Shown here one piece after another: positions 29,479-38,446 of a DNA stretch of 64,000 nucleotides. Origin of the DNA: Candidatus Sulfotelmatobacter sp. (GTDB lineage Bacteria > Acidobacteriota > Terriglobia > Terriglobales > Acidobacteriaceae); the NCBI GenBank assembly GCA_049584315.1, contig JBAUXO010000355.1, positions 87,558-151,557 on the forward strand. The letters are read 5' to 3'. Both the position numbers and the translations under genes were made by a program. The stretch's first letter is position 1. The number at the start of each line of letters is the position of its first letter. The notes beneath the pieces were generated by a model. That model ran no database searches. It was not told the origin of the DNA and saw only the letters and a program-made list of their open reading frames with translations.

Positions 29479-29886
29479 TCACGGGCAGGTCAGTTGAGCG
29501 GTGGCGGCGACCTGGCATCCGCCGCCTCCGCAGAGAGTTAGAGTGTCAGGACACACGCGGGCCCCGCTCGGGGCGGACCCGAATACGGTATAGGTACCGC
29601 TGCCTCCTACACTGCACTGCGCGAAGCCGGCACTGCTGACCGTCACTTCCGTCGTGGGTGCGTTTTGGTAACAGGCACCCCAAGTCGCGGTGAGAACCAC
29701 TGGAGCCGGATACGGAGGTTCGTAGAAACCCAGGGCCGTGAATTGAACCTGGCCCTCAGCGGAGGGAGGACTGATGTTCACCGTTTGCAATATTCGAGTC
29801 GGAGACGTTGCTGAGCCGCAGGCCAGTGTGATGATGGCTGCGAGAATGAGGAAGAAAAGGAACAACTGAGGCCCGGAGCTACGCAT
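29479..29886 (-). CDS. Small Cys-rich lipoprotein, hypothetical
   Basis: 135 aa with an AGGAAG RBS and a lipobox leader MRSSGPQLFLFFLILAAIITLACGS. Confidence 0.65.
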   Translation of the reverse strand: MRSSGPQLFLFFLILAAIITLACGSATSPTRILQTVNISPPSAEGQVQFTALGFYEPPYPAPVVLTATWGACYQNAPTTEVTVSSAGFAQCSVGGSGTYTVFGSAPSGARVCPDTLTLCGGGGCQVAATAQLTCP

Positions 29887-30039
29887 GGCAGACTTCCTGC
29901 GCGGATAAGAACCCCTGAACGGGCTTTAGTTGCTTACCCCGACAACAAAACGATAGTTACTTCCCCGGGTTTTGGAAGGGTTTTGGGGACGGGCTTGCCG
30001 GGCCGGCGTAATTGACTTTTCCCTCTGTTGTTGCCAAGT

Positions 30040-30810
30040 CGCGTCTCTTACAATGCCGGCGTTGTCAAGTAATTTTCTCCCACACTGCTCCATCCACTGA
30101 GAGATGAGCGCCATTTCGCTCTCGCAGAAATGAGTGCCATACCAACCAAGGCTCGCTCGTAATCAGGTCAGGTCAGAATCTCGGTCCGAGCCATGCATCT
30201 CTTCGGTCACAGCTTCGATCATGATTACTACTTCGAACTCCTCTCTAAAGAGGAGCGGGATGCCCAATCAATTACTCGATGTTCTACTTTACACCATCGC
30301 GATTTCCCGGCTGTCCCTGCGAACCGACCATCGCCACCTTGGCGATCTTCCGTCTTGGTCGCATCGCCAGGCGGAAGTGCTTATTGCGCCATTCTGGGAT
30401 GTAACTTGGGCCGCTTCCACCAGCAAAAAGCGCAACATCGAACTCCCTTGCTTCGTGATATGGCCCAGTTCGTCGCCGATTTCCGTTTGAGTCCTCCAAG
30501 GGCACGAACCCCAAACACGCCGCGATCTGCTTCGCACTGAAATCGCTCCGTCCTTGCGATGATACGAAGGCTAAGGCCGTCAGTGCACCCACTCCAGGAT
30601 GCGTCCGCAAGCGTCGTGCCTCCGGACATTTCTCTACTTCCTGCTCGATCACTTGCGTCAGATCGGCAATCCTCGGGTTCAGCCGATCCAGCAGCTGCAG
30701 CAGATCTTCCCGTCGGCGGCTCGCCCAGGGGGATTCAAGCATTCGTTCCGCCCGACCGATTGCTCTACGATTCTTGTGCCTTGGTCCAAAGTGCGACAGA
30801 GCTAGCAATA
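30040..30810 (-). mobile_element. IS110-family element relic (right copy, inverted relative to the left copy): 5'-truncated, frameshifted and internally deleted transposase plus conserved 3' tail
   Basis: ORF 30284..30808 reads ...LNPRIADLTQVIEQEVEKCPEARRLRTHPGVGALTALAFV...CLGFVPLEDSNG (Transposase_20-like). It shifts frame to HITKQGSSMLRFLLVEAAQV, then PEWRNKHFRLAMRPRRKIAKVAM--GSQGQPGNRDGVK. The DEDD domain is absent. The tail 30040-30283 matches the reverse complement of 19010-19255. Confidence 0.75.
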
Positions 30811-31007
30811 GCCATGATGAAAAACAGTATGGCTCCGTCGAGAAAGCTCTTATAGGAAATCGGCGATGTTCCTGGGTGAATCCCTCCTCCTGTCATTGAA
30901 ACCCCACCAATACCGACCACAGCGAGCGCCCGCATCACCAGCGCGACTACGGTGCAAACGATCCCAATCCAATAGGCTAGGTTGCATATCCGCTTTTCCA
31001 AGTTCAT
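30765..31007 (-). CDS. Small two-TM membrane protein, hypothetical
   Basis: The internal ATG of ORF 30765..31334 follows GAGAGGAG. Sequence: MNLEKRICNLAYWIGIVCTVVALVMRALAVVGIGG...ILFFIMAIASSVALW. Confidence 0.4.
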   Translation of the reverse strand: MNLEKRICNLAYWIGIVCTVVALVMRALAVVGIGGVSMTGGGIHPGTSPISYKSFLDGAILFFIMAIASSVALWTKAQES

Positions 31008-31572
31008 TCTCCTCTCACCGTGGATTTCCGGGGACGGCCCAGATGCGGACAATATACACCTCTGCCACTTACTGCACCCTCCGAATCGCCATGCTGCTGT
31101 CATGAAGCGTCTTCTTGAACAGAATGGTGTGTTCCCAGCGAATGCTAGGCCCATGGCGGCCCGAGTCAGGCCCACAGAGCTTGGATGGCGGTAACGCCGA
31201 CCTCCGGCAAAGGGACTCTGGGCACTTGATGGTTCTATTTTCAGCGCGGTGGTCGGACCCAGAGCCGACCGGAGCCCTACGCATGAGAGGAACCTACGCT
31301 GTGAGCAAACCCTCAAGAATCTTTCAACCATCAACGAGTTGACGGCCGCGATGCTGGACCGTGGAACAGCGAAGCATACGCGCCAGCAACTGAGTAACGA
31401 ATTGGACCGGCTGAAGGCCCGAGGCAGCTTCAGGCCACCGACTGCCGTAGATATGTGGCGCTGTTTCAGATTTTGCGGGGCATCGTTCAGCGGGTTAGAA
31501 CATCAGGCTGTCACGCAGGGGGACTTGGGTTCGAGTGCTATAACTCCCGCCAAGCCTTTGGTTCGTGCCTGG

Positions 31573-31878
31573 CTACTCACGTTTTTCTGTTGGGCCGAAG
31601 CGCACCTCGTGCGCCATCAGTTTATCGTCCATCTTTCCCGCATGGATGACAACGCGGTCTCCAACTTTAAGATCCCTGATAGATACACGTATGCCGCTCT
31701 TCACAAATTTCGTTTCCGCCATCGTGTAGACGGTGACTGTCTCTTTGCCCGTTTGCACGGTGATCGAATTGTCCGCCATTGCCGTCACCGTGCCCATGAC
31801 GTGCTGGTCTGTGCCATGAGCTGACGCCATCGGTGCGGCAAGTGCGGCAAATGCAAGAAGCAGAATCGTTTGTTTCAT
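31573..31878 (-). CDS. Small secreted protein (OB/DUF5666-like), last gene of the metal operon
   Basis: 101 aa with an AGGAGA RBS and signal peptide MKQTILLLAFAALAAPMASA. GTVTAMADNSITVQTGKETVTVYT...VGDRVVIHAG. Confidence 0.6.
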   Translation of the reverse strand: MKQTILLLAFAALAAPMASAHGTDQHVMGTVTAMADNSITVQTGKETVTVYTMAETKFVKSGIRVSIRDLKVGDRVVIHAGKMDDKLMAHEVRFGPTEKRE

Positions 31879-31893
31879 TGCGAGATTCTCCTT

Positions 31894-32499
31894 TTAGTGG
31901 TATTCGTTCGGGTTTAACTGTGGTGATTTGCCTTCGTTCAAGAAACGTTCTTCTTCCAACTCTTCCGCCCTATCAGAGTCGCTCTTCGGGTTGAACCGCT
32001 CCATTTGCTTGAGCTCCTCCGCAGTCTGGATTGGCAGATGACGGATGAAAAGCACCAGGTTCCACGTCTCCGTATTACCGGCTTTGGCATGTTCGCCAAA
32101 TGCTGGCATTCCACTCAGCTGAATGCCGTTTTCAATCGTGTAATAGAGCTCGCCATCGCTCTTGTTTTGTGTTTCTTTCTGCCGCATGTCCGGTGGTTTG
32201 GGGTAGAGACCTTCACCAAATAACGTGTCGCCACTTCCATCGTTAGCGTGGCACGTGGCGCAGTGGTCGGCGAAATGCTCCATGCCGGCGTGAAGGTCAG
32301 ACGAGGAGGAAAGTGGATTGCGAAGCTGACGGTATTGGGAAGGAACGGCCAATTCGCGCGCGCTCGTGGCAACCAGTTTTTCGATCGCAGAAGGATTATC
32401 GCGCGCACTGAAACCACGCCGCATTGTCACCGATCCGAATGCGGCAGCGCCTGCGATGCCTGCAGCGGTGATGGATAAAAGGAGGGTGCGTTTTTTCAT
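31894..32499 (-). CDS. Secreted class-I c-type cytochrome
   Basis: 201 aa. Heme motif CATCHANDGSG and distal GMPAFGE. It starts 4 nt after the stop of the TolC-like gene. Confidence 0.8.
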   Translation of the reverse strand: MKKRTLLLSITAAGIAGAAAFGSVTMRRGFSARDNPSAIEKLVATSARELAVPSQYRQLRNPLSSSSDLHAGMEHFADHCATCHANDGSGDTLFGEGLYPKPPDMRQKETQNKSDGELYYTIENGIQLSGMPAFGEHAKAGNTETWNLVLFIRHLPIQTAEELKQMERFNPKSDSDRAEELEEERFLNEGKSPQLNPNEYH

Positions 32500-32503
32500 G
32501 CGC

Positions 32504-33919
32504 TCACCTTTCCTGCGGGCTCGTGCCCACCTGAAATGGAAGGTTCACCTCGCGCACTGGTTGGTCGATTCCTCCTGGCTGCGAAGGAGCTTCTAGACCA
32601 TCCGTGAGTAGGTAGGACTGCAGCGAAACTGAGCTCGTTGCGAACGTCTCCAGCGCTGTGATGTAGGAGACTTCCAGCTGCATCAGGGTTCTCTGGGCAA
32701 TAAGAACCTGCGGGTATGCTGCAGCCATGTCCTGGTATTTCTTGGCATACATCTCATACGCCTTTTGCGCCCTCGGTATCATCTGGTTCTTGTAGCGATC
32801 GACTGCGGTTTGCGAGAAGGTATAGTTTTGGACGACGCTTGCCGCCCTTTCCCGCAAAACGAGCTTCACACGCTCCACTTCGCGCTTCGCCCTCTCTAAA
32901 TCAGCCTTAGCGGTGGCGACATTTCCCTGGTTGTGGTTAAAGATGGGAATTCTCACCCCCACATCGGCAAAGCCCTGCAATCCGACGGGTTTCCCATTAG
33001 GCTCGGACAACAACTCGCCATTCTGTTGCATGCCGCCGCGGATTTGCAGGTCGGGAATCGATTCCCGCTTTGCACGAGCCAGGGTGGCTTCCGCTCGTTT
33101 GACACCGAGCTCGGCGATTCTCACGGCTGGACTGTCCTTGACGATTTTCTCCATCAGTTCATCCGCATTGACTGGCGGGGTGTCCTCCAGCTTTCCTTCG
33201 AGCTTCATCAAAGGGAGCCGCGGGTTTCCCACGACAGCAGATAGGGCTTTCCAAACCCGCTGCTGGTTCTGTTCCGCCATGGTGACCGCGAGTTCTGCCT
33301 GTTGCGCTTCCACTTCCGATTCGAGCTCGTCGGGAGCGTCCGCTTGCCCGACATTCGCCAGCTGATGGGAGGTCTGGACTGCCTCGTCGGCAAGCTTGCT
33401 GAGGTGTTGGCGCAACTCCAGTGTCTGTTGGGCAGCGAGCGCTTGGAGGTACGACATGCGCACGTTTGTGACGACACGCACTTTTTGCTCCTCGGCTTCT
33501 GTTTCTGCCTGTTTGAGCTCCTGATCAAAAATCGTTCGATTCAACCCCAGCCTTCCACTCAGCACGACGTCCTGCTGGACGAAAAATCCCTGCTCCCCCC
33601 CGTGAAACGACCCGCCTCGAATCTGTTCGCCCTGGTAGCCGAACGTCGGGTTTGGGTAGAGTCCCGACTGCTTCTTCCTGCCTTCGGCCGCCTGGATGTT
33701 GGCGGCGGATTGCGCGAACGTCGGGTTGTTTTGTAAGGCCATGTGTTGCAGTTCTTCGAGTGTCATCGCCTTCTGCTCCGAGACCACAGTTTGCGCTCGG
33801 CCTGGCACGGCAAACAGGAACAAAAAACAGGAAAAGCACAGCACAGATCGGGTCACACCACGAAACTGCGGTACTGCCTCGACCCATAATTCAAAAACTG
33901 GAGTAGTGAGGCTATTCAT
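32504..33919 (-). CDS. TolC-family outer-membrane efflux protein
   Basis: 471 aa. It has the two-repeat OEP pattern (LTLEELQHMALQNNPTFAQSAANIQAAEG...; IPDLQIRGG...NHNQGNVATAKADLERAKRE). Its start overlaps the multicopper oxidase stop in ATGAATAG. Confidence 0.85.
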   Translation of the reverse strand: MNSLTTPVFELWVEAVPQFRGVTRSVLCFSCFLFLFAVPGRAQTVVSEQKAMTLEELQHMALQNNPTFAQSAANIQAAEGRKKQSGLYPNPTFGYQGEQIRGGSFHGGEQGFFVQQDVVLSGRLGLNRTIFDQELKQAETEAEEQKVRVVTNVRMSYLQALAAQQTLELRQHLSKLADEAVQTSHQLANVGQADAPDELESEVEAQQAELAVTMAEQNQQRVWKALSAVVGNPRLPLMKLEGKLEDTPPVNADELMEKIVKDSPAVRIAELGVKRAEATLARAKRESIPDLQIRGGMQQNGELLSEPNGKPVGLQGFADVGVRIPIFNHNQGNVATAKADLERAKREVERVKLVLRERAASVVQNYTFSQTAVDRYKNQMIPRAQKAYEMYAKKYQDMAAAYPQVLIAQRTLMQLEVSYITALETFATSSVSLQSYLLTDGLEAPSQPGGIDQPVREVNLPFQVGTSPQER

Positions 33920-35396
33920 GTTTGTGCTCCATCCCCGGCATGTCCATGTTGATTGGCTTATTGCCTTGCCGCTTCCTCCGAAGCTCCATGATTTGGTCGT
34001 ATTTGTCTTGATGGAGCACGCGTACGAAGGTCATCATTCCCGCCATGAACCCGCTCCAGCCGGGGCGCAGGCCAAAGTTTTCGGGTTTGTCTACCATCTG
34101 ATCCATCGCCATCATGGGACCTTCCATGAAGGCATCCTGCGGAAAACCTGGCACGGAGTTAGCATCCTTGCTGACTTCAGGCTTGGCCATTTGCATTCCT
34201 TCCTGACGCATGCCGGGCATGTCTCCGTCCTGAATCGGACTTTTAGTTTTGAGCAGCGAGTTTGACAGCGGCTGTTCGAAGGTCGAGCCGACACCCATTC
34301 CGCGACCCAGGCTTGAACCATTTTCCTCGGACGTCGCGCTTCCTTCCCGCAACATCCCCATTCCGCGCTCCATGTCGAGACCTGCGGGGATTCCATTTCT
34401 CCGTGTCATCGGTCCGACATTGGAGGACATCTGGTTCATCATGTGGTGCGGGAGGTGGCAGTGCAGCATCCAGTCACCGGGATTTGTTGCGACAAATTCG
34501 ATGTCGCGCGATTGCGCTACGCCCACGAGCACAGTGTTTCCTGGGCCCCATGTCGACTCGGGCTGGCGTCCTCCTTCTGTGCCAGTGATCACAAACTGAT
34601 GGCCGTGGAGATGGACCGGATGGTGATCCATGCCGAGATTGATGAGACGGATGCGGACGCGCTCACCGTGCCGCACGATCAGGGGAGTCGTTGCAGGCCC
34701 GGCTTTGCCGTTGAGGGTGAGCCAGTTGAACTCCATGTTCATGGAGTTGGGAACGGTGACATTGGGCAGAATGGCATACTCCTGCAGAATGATTGCGAAG
34801 TCTTTATCCACGCGCGGCCGGTATGGCTCCCTGGGATGCATGATGAACGCCCCAAGCATGCCCATCATTTCTTGCATCGCCATGTGCGAGTGGTAGAAGT
34901 AAGTTCCTTCCTGGTGGAGGGTGAATTCGTAGACAAAGCGCCCGCCCGGAGGGGTCGGATCTTGGCTACTCCCCGGCGATCCATCCATCTCGACCGGGAC
35001 CTCAAATCCGTGCCAGTGCATCGACGTCGCTTCGGGGAGATGATTGTCGACGATGATGCGAACGCGATCGCCCTGGTTCACTTGGATCGTCGGGCCCGGG
35101 GCGCTGCCGTTGTAGCCCCAGAGGTCAATTACACGTCCAGGAACAATTTCTTGCTTAACAGGTTCGGCAATGAGATGGAATTCCTTCACGGCCCCGTCCA
35201 TGCGCCACGGAAGTTGCGGAACGTCGGGCGTTTCTACTGGAACGATCAGACCGCAACTACGCTCCGTAGCACTGCTGATGTGTTTCATTTCCATGCCTGT
35301 TCCACTCTCGTATTGGGCTGCAAACAGGCGAGTTGCAGAGGCGAAACTCGCGCCCAGACCGAGCGTATTTCTAAGAAAATCACGTCTGTTCTTCAT
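33912..35396 (-). CDS. Tat-exported multicopper oxidase (CopA/CueO-like)
   Basis: 494 aa. Tat leader MKNRRDFLRNTLGLGASFASA. Copper-ligand motifs MHWHG, FYHSH, HPVHLHGH and HCHLPHHMMNQM, plus a Met-rich segment MPGMRQEGMQM...MEGPMMAMDQM. Confidence 0.9.
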   Translation of the reverse strand: MKNRRDFLRNTLGLGASFASATRLFAAQYESGTGMEMKHISSATERSCGLIVPVETPDVPQLPWRMDGAVKEFHLIAEPVKQEIVPGRVIDLWGYNGSAPGPTIQVNQGDRVRIIVDNHLPEATSMHWHGFEVPVEMDGSPGSSQDPTPPGGRFVYEFTLHQEGTYFYHSHMAMQEMMGMLGAFIMHPREPYRPRVDKDFAIILQEYAILPNVTVPNSMNMEFNWLTLNGKAGPATTPLIVRHGERVRIRLINLGMDHHPVHLHGHQFVITGTEGGRQPESTWGPGNTVLVGVAQSRDIEFVATNPGDWMLHCHLPHHMMNQMSSNVGPMTRRNGIPAGLDMERGMGMLREGSATSEENGSSLGRGMGVGSTFEQPLSNSLLKTKSPIQDGDMPGMRQEGMQMAKPEVSKDANSVPGFPQDAFMEGPMMAMDQMVDKPENFGLRPGWSGFMAGMMTFVRVLHQDKYDQIMELRRKRQGNKPINMDMPGMEHKHE

Positions 35397-35536
35397 GGTT
35401 CGTCCTCTTCAAGAATTGGCGGACCCAAATGTCCTGTAGAACCCCGACGGACATTAGAGCCAAGCGAAGAAATGCAAATGGCAATCGACATTAAGTCGCT
35501 GCCTTTGCCAACATTGCTAGAAGGAGAGGAGAAAAC

Positions 35537-35974
35537 TCAGATGCGAAGAATGCTATAAGAGGCGGTGTACGCAGAGGGAAGGGAGGGCGGGCCCTTGTCC
35601 AAACTCCATGCGCTTTCGAGATGGGGAGCCGAAAACTTGGAAGTTGTCTCCAGGACTACGGTACCAGTCTGTACCGCTGTCACCCGAGGAACAACTTTTC
35701 TTGAAATGTTGAGCCGTTCAGCCGTGGCACAACCTGTCTTGCACGATCGCCCCTCGACCGCGAGAGTCATGGTCTCGTCAATGGAGCGATGCATGGCTGA
35801 GTGATGGTGAGCCATTCCGGGCATTGAGTCGGAATCCTGGCTGCAGTGCTGATGAGTCACCGCTCGCGAATGGCGTTCACAGATGAGTGTGCAAACCCCC
35901 GCGGGCGTAACCATCCCCCCCAGCAGAACTGCGAGGAGAACTGTCGAAGTCGCGGCTCTCAGAAACACCTTCAC
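35537..35974 (-). CDS. Secreted His/Cys/Met-rich hypothetical protein (possible metal binding)
   Basis: 145 aa with leader MKVFLRAATSTVLLAVLLGG. CTLIC, HQHC, MPGMAHHHSAMH and CKTGC clusters. It lies upstream of the oxidase on the same strand. Confidence 0.5.
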   Translation of the reverse strand: MKVFLRAATSTVLLAVLLGGMVTPAGVCTLICERHSRAVTHQHCSQDSDSMPGMAHHHSAMHRSIDETMTLAVEGRSCKTGCATAERLNISRKVVPRVTAVQTGTVVLETTSKFSAPHLESAWSLDKGPPSLPSAYTASYSILRI

Positions 35975-36055
35975 ACTCTACCTTAAGGTCCAAGACAAGC
36001 GCAAACTCGTTCTAACGCTCCATCGCTGAATCTTATTGGACACCAACGTCCGAAA

Positions 36056-36496
36056 TCATTTGGCGACCAAGCCAAGAAGGACCGCAAAGGAAATGAAAGA
36101 CAAACCGCTCACCAGCGCGTGCTGAGCATAGAGCGGCTCCTCGGAATGCTGCCCAAGCACACCCCTTACGGCACTCGCTATCATGTAGAAGAACCCGACT
36201 CCAACATGTGCGAACAATATGCCCAACCAAAGCATAGAGGTGGAATTCACGAGGTAGAATCCGATTACTCCTCCCACAATTGTTGTGCTCTCCACTCCGA
36301 GCACCCACGTGATTGCTTTCTTCCGCTCAATTCCCGCCCCGAGGAGTAGCAGTATCAGGGCCAAACCCTCGGGTATCTTGTGGACCGATATTCCTGCCAC
36401 GAGACCAACCTCCGGATGGCCAAGTAGATCATCCCCAAACGCGATGCCATGTCCATCCATGGTGCAGTGCAGACCGAGTGCGACCATTAACATCAT
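36056..36496 (-). CDS. ZIP-family metal transporter, C-terminal half only (TM4-8 equivalent)
   Basis: 146 aa. GISVHKIPEGLALILLLLGAG is the ZIP HxxPEG signature. An in-frame stop 12 codons upstream, together with the adjacent TetR stop, excludes a longer N-terminus. Confidence 0.55.
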   Translation of the reverse strand: MMLMVALGLHCTMDGHGIAFGDDLLGHPEVGLVAGISVHKIPEGLALILLLLGAGIERKKAITWVLGVESTTIVGGVIGFYLVNSTSMLWLGILFAHVGVGFFYMIASAVRGVLGQHSEEPLYAQHALVSGLSFISFAVLLGLVAK

Positions 36497-36542
36497 TGCC
36501 GTCTGCGCCAGCCGGGGAGTCCTGATCGATGATCACCCACCT

Positions 36543-37184
36543 TTAGCCCGCATAGAGTAGGTATCCGCATATAGCGCGCAGAGCTCGCTGTTCGGTGGAT
36601 CTCGGACTCGCGCCGGACGCAAGGCCGAGGTCTACCAAAGCGCGGAGAACGGCAATGACGACCCGCTCCGTTGCCCTCGAAACGGGCACTGCCACTTCCT
36701 TTTGGTGATCTCGTAACAGTTGCAGCATGCTTTCATGGAACGCGGCGCTGTCGGCCTCGCTTCCGAGTCTTTCCTCTTCCGTTTCCAGCACACGACTTAG
36801 CCGAGGGCGGTAGTAATGTGCGCTCACAAGCGCCCGAACCACCAACCTGAGGCGGGATTTCAGTCCTTCGCCTTTTCCATCTCGCACGGCCTGCACGACG
36901 GTATCGTGGAACGCCTTCTCAAAACTGCCAATCAGGGCGAGGACGATAGAGTCCTTGTTCGGAAAATATTGGTAGAGGGATCCAATGCTTACGCCGGCTT
37001 TCGCTGCGATCGCGTTGGTGTTGAACGCACGAAGTCCGTCTGATTCTAAAATGCGAGCAGAAGCTTCAAGAATGACACCTACTGTCTCCTGAGACCTCGC
37101 CTGACCGGGCGCTTTGCGGACTCTCAGCGTGTTTTTGCGTGGCCTGCCTCTGCCGTCGCGAACGCGAGTTTCATTTGTGAGCAT
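36543..37184 (-). CDS. TetR/AcrR-family transcriptional regulator
   Basis: 213 aa. FNTNAIAAKAGVSIGSLYQYFPNKDSIV is the TetR HTH. Confidence 0.85.
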   Translation of the reverse strand: MLTNETRVRDGRGRPRKNTLRVRKAPGQARSQETVGVILEASARILESDGLRAFNTNAIAAKAGVSIGSLYQYFPNKDSIVLALIGSFEKAFHDTVVQAVRDGKGEGLKSRLRLVVRALVSAHYYRPRLSRVLETEEERLGSEADSAAFHESMLQLLRDHQKEVAVPVSRATERVVIAVLRALVDLGLASGASPRSTEQRALRAICGYLLYAG

Positions 37185-37261
37185 TTACTCGTATTTTACA
37201 GAGCAGAAAAGAAATATGCCAGGAAACAACGGAGAACAGCCCCAACAGAAATGATATTGAC

Positions 37262-38329
37262 ATGACAAATGATCTGAGAGTTGTACCACACAAATTAAAC
37301 TCCCGATCCCATCGGATTTTCCGAACAACCCTGGGCCTGATGACCCTCCTAGTTGTGATTTCCCCCTTTGCGCGCGTGAGGGGCAGTGCTGAGCCCGGGC
37401 CAGGAATGCTGTTAGCCGTTAACCAAGGTGAAGCCACGCTCGGCATTGTCGATCCGCGGGCAGGCAAGCAGGTCGCAACGATCGCGGAGGGAGGCGTGAC
37501 TGGTCACGAGGTAGCTACTTCGTTCGATGGAAAGCTAGCATACGTTCCGATCTACGGAGATTCGAGCGTGGGCGATCGCGGCACTGATGGAAGAGAGTTG
37601 GTAGTGATTGATATCGGCTCTCGCAAGGTCGTCCAGCGCTTCGATTTCGGGCACGGGGTCCGACCCCATTGTGCGGTGATGAATCCCAACGACGGTCTGC
37701 TCTACGTCACAACCGAGTTGGACCGCACCGTCACAATCATCGATCCGAAAACACTGAAATTGGTGGGAACGATTCCTACTGGTCAAGACGAATCACACAT
37801 GCTTGTGCTTTCTCATGACGGACGATTTGGATACACGGCAAATGTGGGGCCGGGAACAGTCTCGGTTCTCGATCTCAAGGCTCGGAAACTGATTTCGGTT
37901 ATACCTGTTTCTCAGAAAACGCAGCGCATTTCCATCTCTGTCGACGATCGAACAGTTTTCACCGCCGACCAGACGAAGCCGCGCTTAGCGGTAATCGACA
38001 CCGCCACAAAGAAGTTGAAGACCTGGATTCCTTTGAGCGCTTCCGGATATGGCACCGCCACTACACGCGATGGACGGTGGATCTTGGTGGCCATACAGAG
38101 TACTTCTCAGGTGGCAGTTGTCGACCTGCAAACGTTGCAAGTCGCCAGCACGATCGACGTACCCCCGGCGCCGCACGAAATCTTCATCTCTCCCAACAAC
38201 GATGTAGCGTATGTCTCCTGCACCAAAAGCGACAAGATCGCCGCGATAAGCCTTTCCCATTGGTCGATAGAGAACCTCATCGCTGCTGGCAATCGAGTTG
38301 ACGGACTCGGTTGGGCATCGTTGCCGTGA
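37262..38329 (+). CDS. Secreted YVTN/YncE-type beta-propeller repeat protein
   Basis: 355 aa. Repeated units: LAYVPIYGD, LLYVTTELDRTVTIIDPKT, FGYTANVGPGTVSVLDLK, TVFTADQTKPRLAVIDTAT, VAYVSCTKSDKIAAI. Confidence 0.65.
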   Translation: MTNDLRVVPHKLNSRSHRIFRTTLGLMTLLVVISPFARVRGSAEPGPGMLLAVNQGEATLGIVDPRAGKQVATIAEGGVTGHEVATSFDGKLAYVPIYGDSSVGDRGTDGRELVVIDIGSRKVVQRFDFGHGVRPHCAVMNPNDGLLYVTTELDRTVTIIDPKTLKLVGTIPTGQDESHMLVLSHDGRFGYTANVGPGTVSVLDLKARKLISVIPVSQKTQRISISVDDRTVFTADQTKPRLAVIDTATKKLKTWIPLSASGYGTATTRDGRWILVAIQSTSQVAVVDLQTLQVASTIDVPPAPHEIFISPNNDVAYVSCTKSDKIAAISLSHWSIENLIAAGNRVDGLGWASLP

Positions 38330-38446
38330 GGTGACTCTTACTTCTGGGTATTTGTCCGTATCTGTGGAGCAGAAGACCGATATGACCCGCAACAACGACC
38401 GGAACGGAAATGGAAATAAACCAAACGCCCCGGAGGCTTTGGGACC

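Noticed and set aside
18520-30810. Interpretation as an active composite transposon
   Set aside because: Both IS copies lack the catalytic DEDD domain and their outer (5') ends, and carry inactivating mutations. IS110-family elements also do not form classical composite transposons. The structure is treated as relics and potential inversion substrates instead.
31249-31824. 191-aa plus-strand ORF
   Set aside because: Only a short stretch (about 31329-31435, INELTAAMLDRGTAKHTRQQLSNELDRLKARG) resembles M16-family peptidases. The rest is featureless and overlaps the well-supported minus-strand gene 31573-31878. It is probably debris, not a gene.
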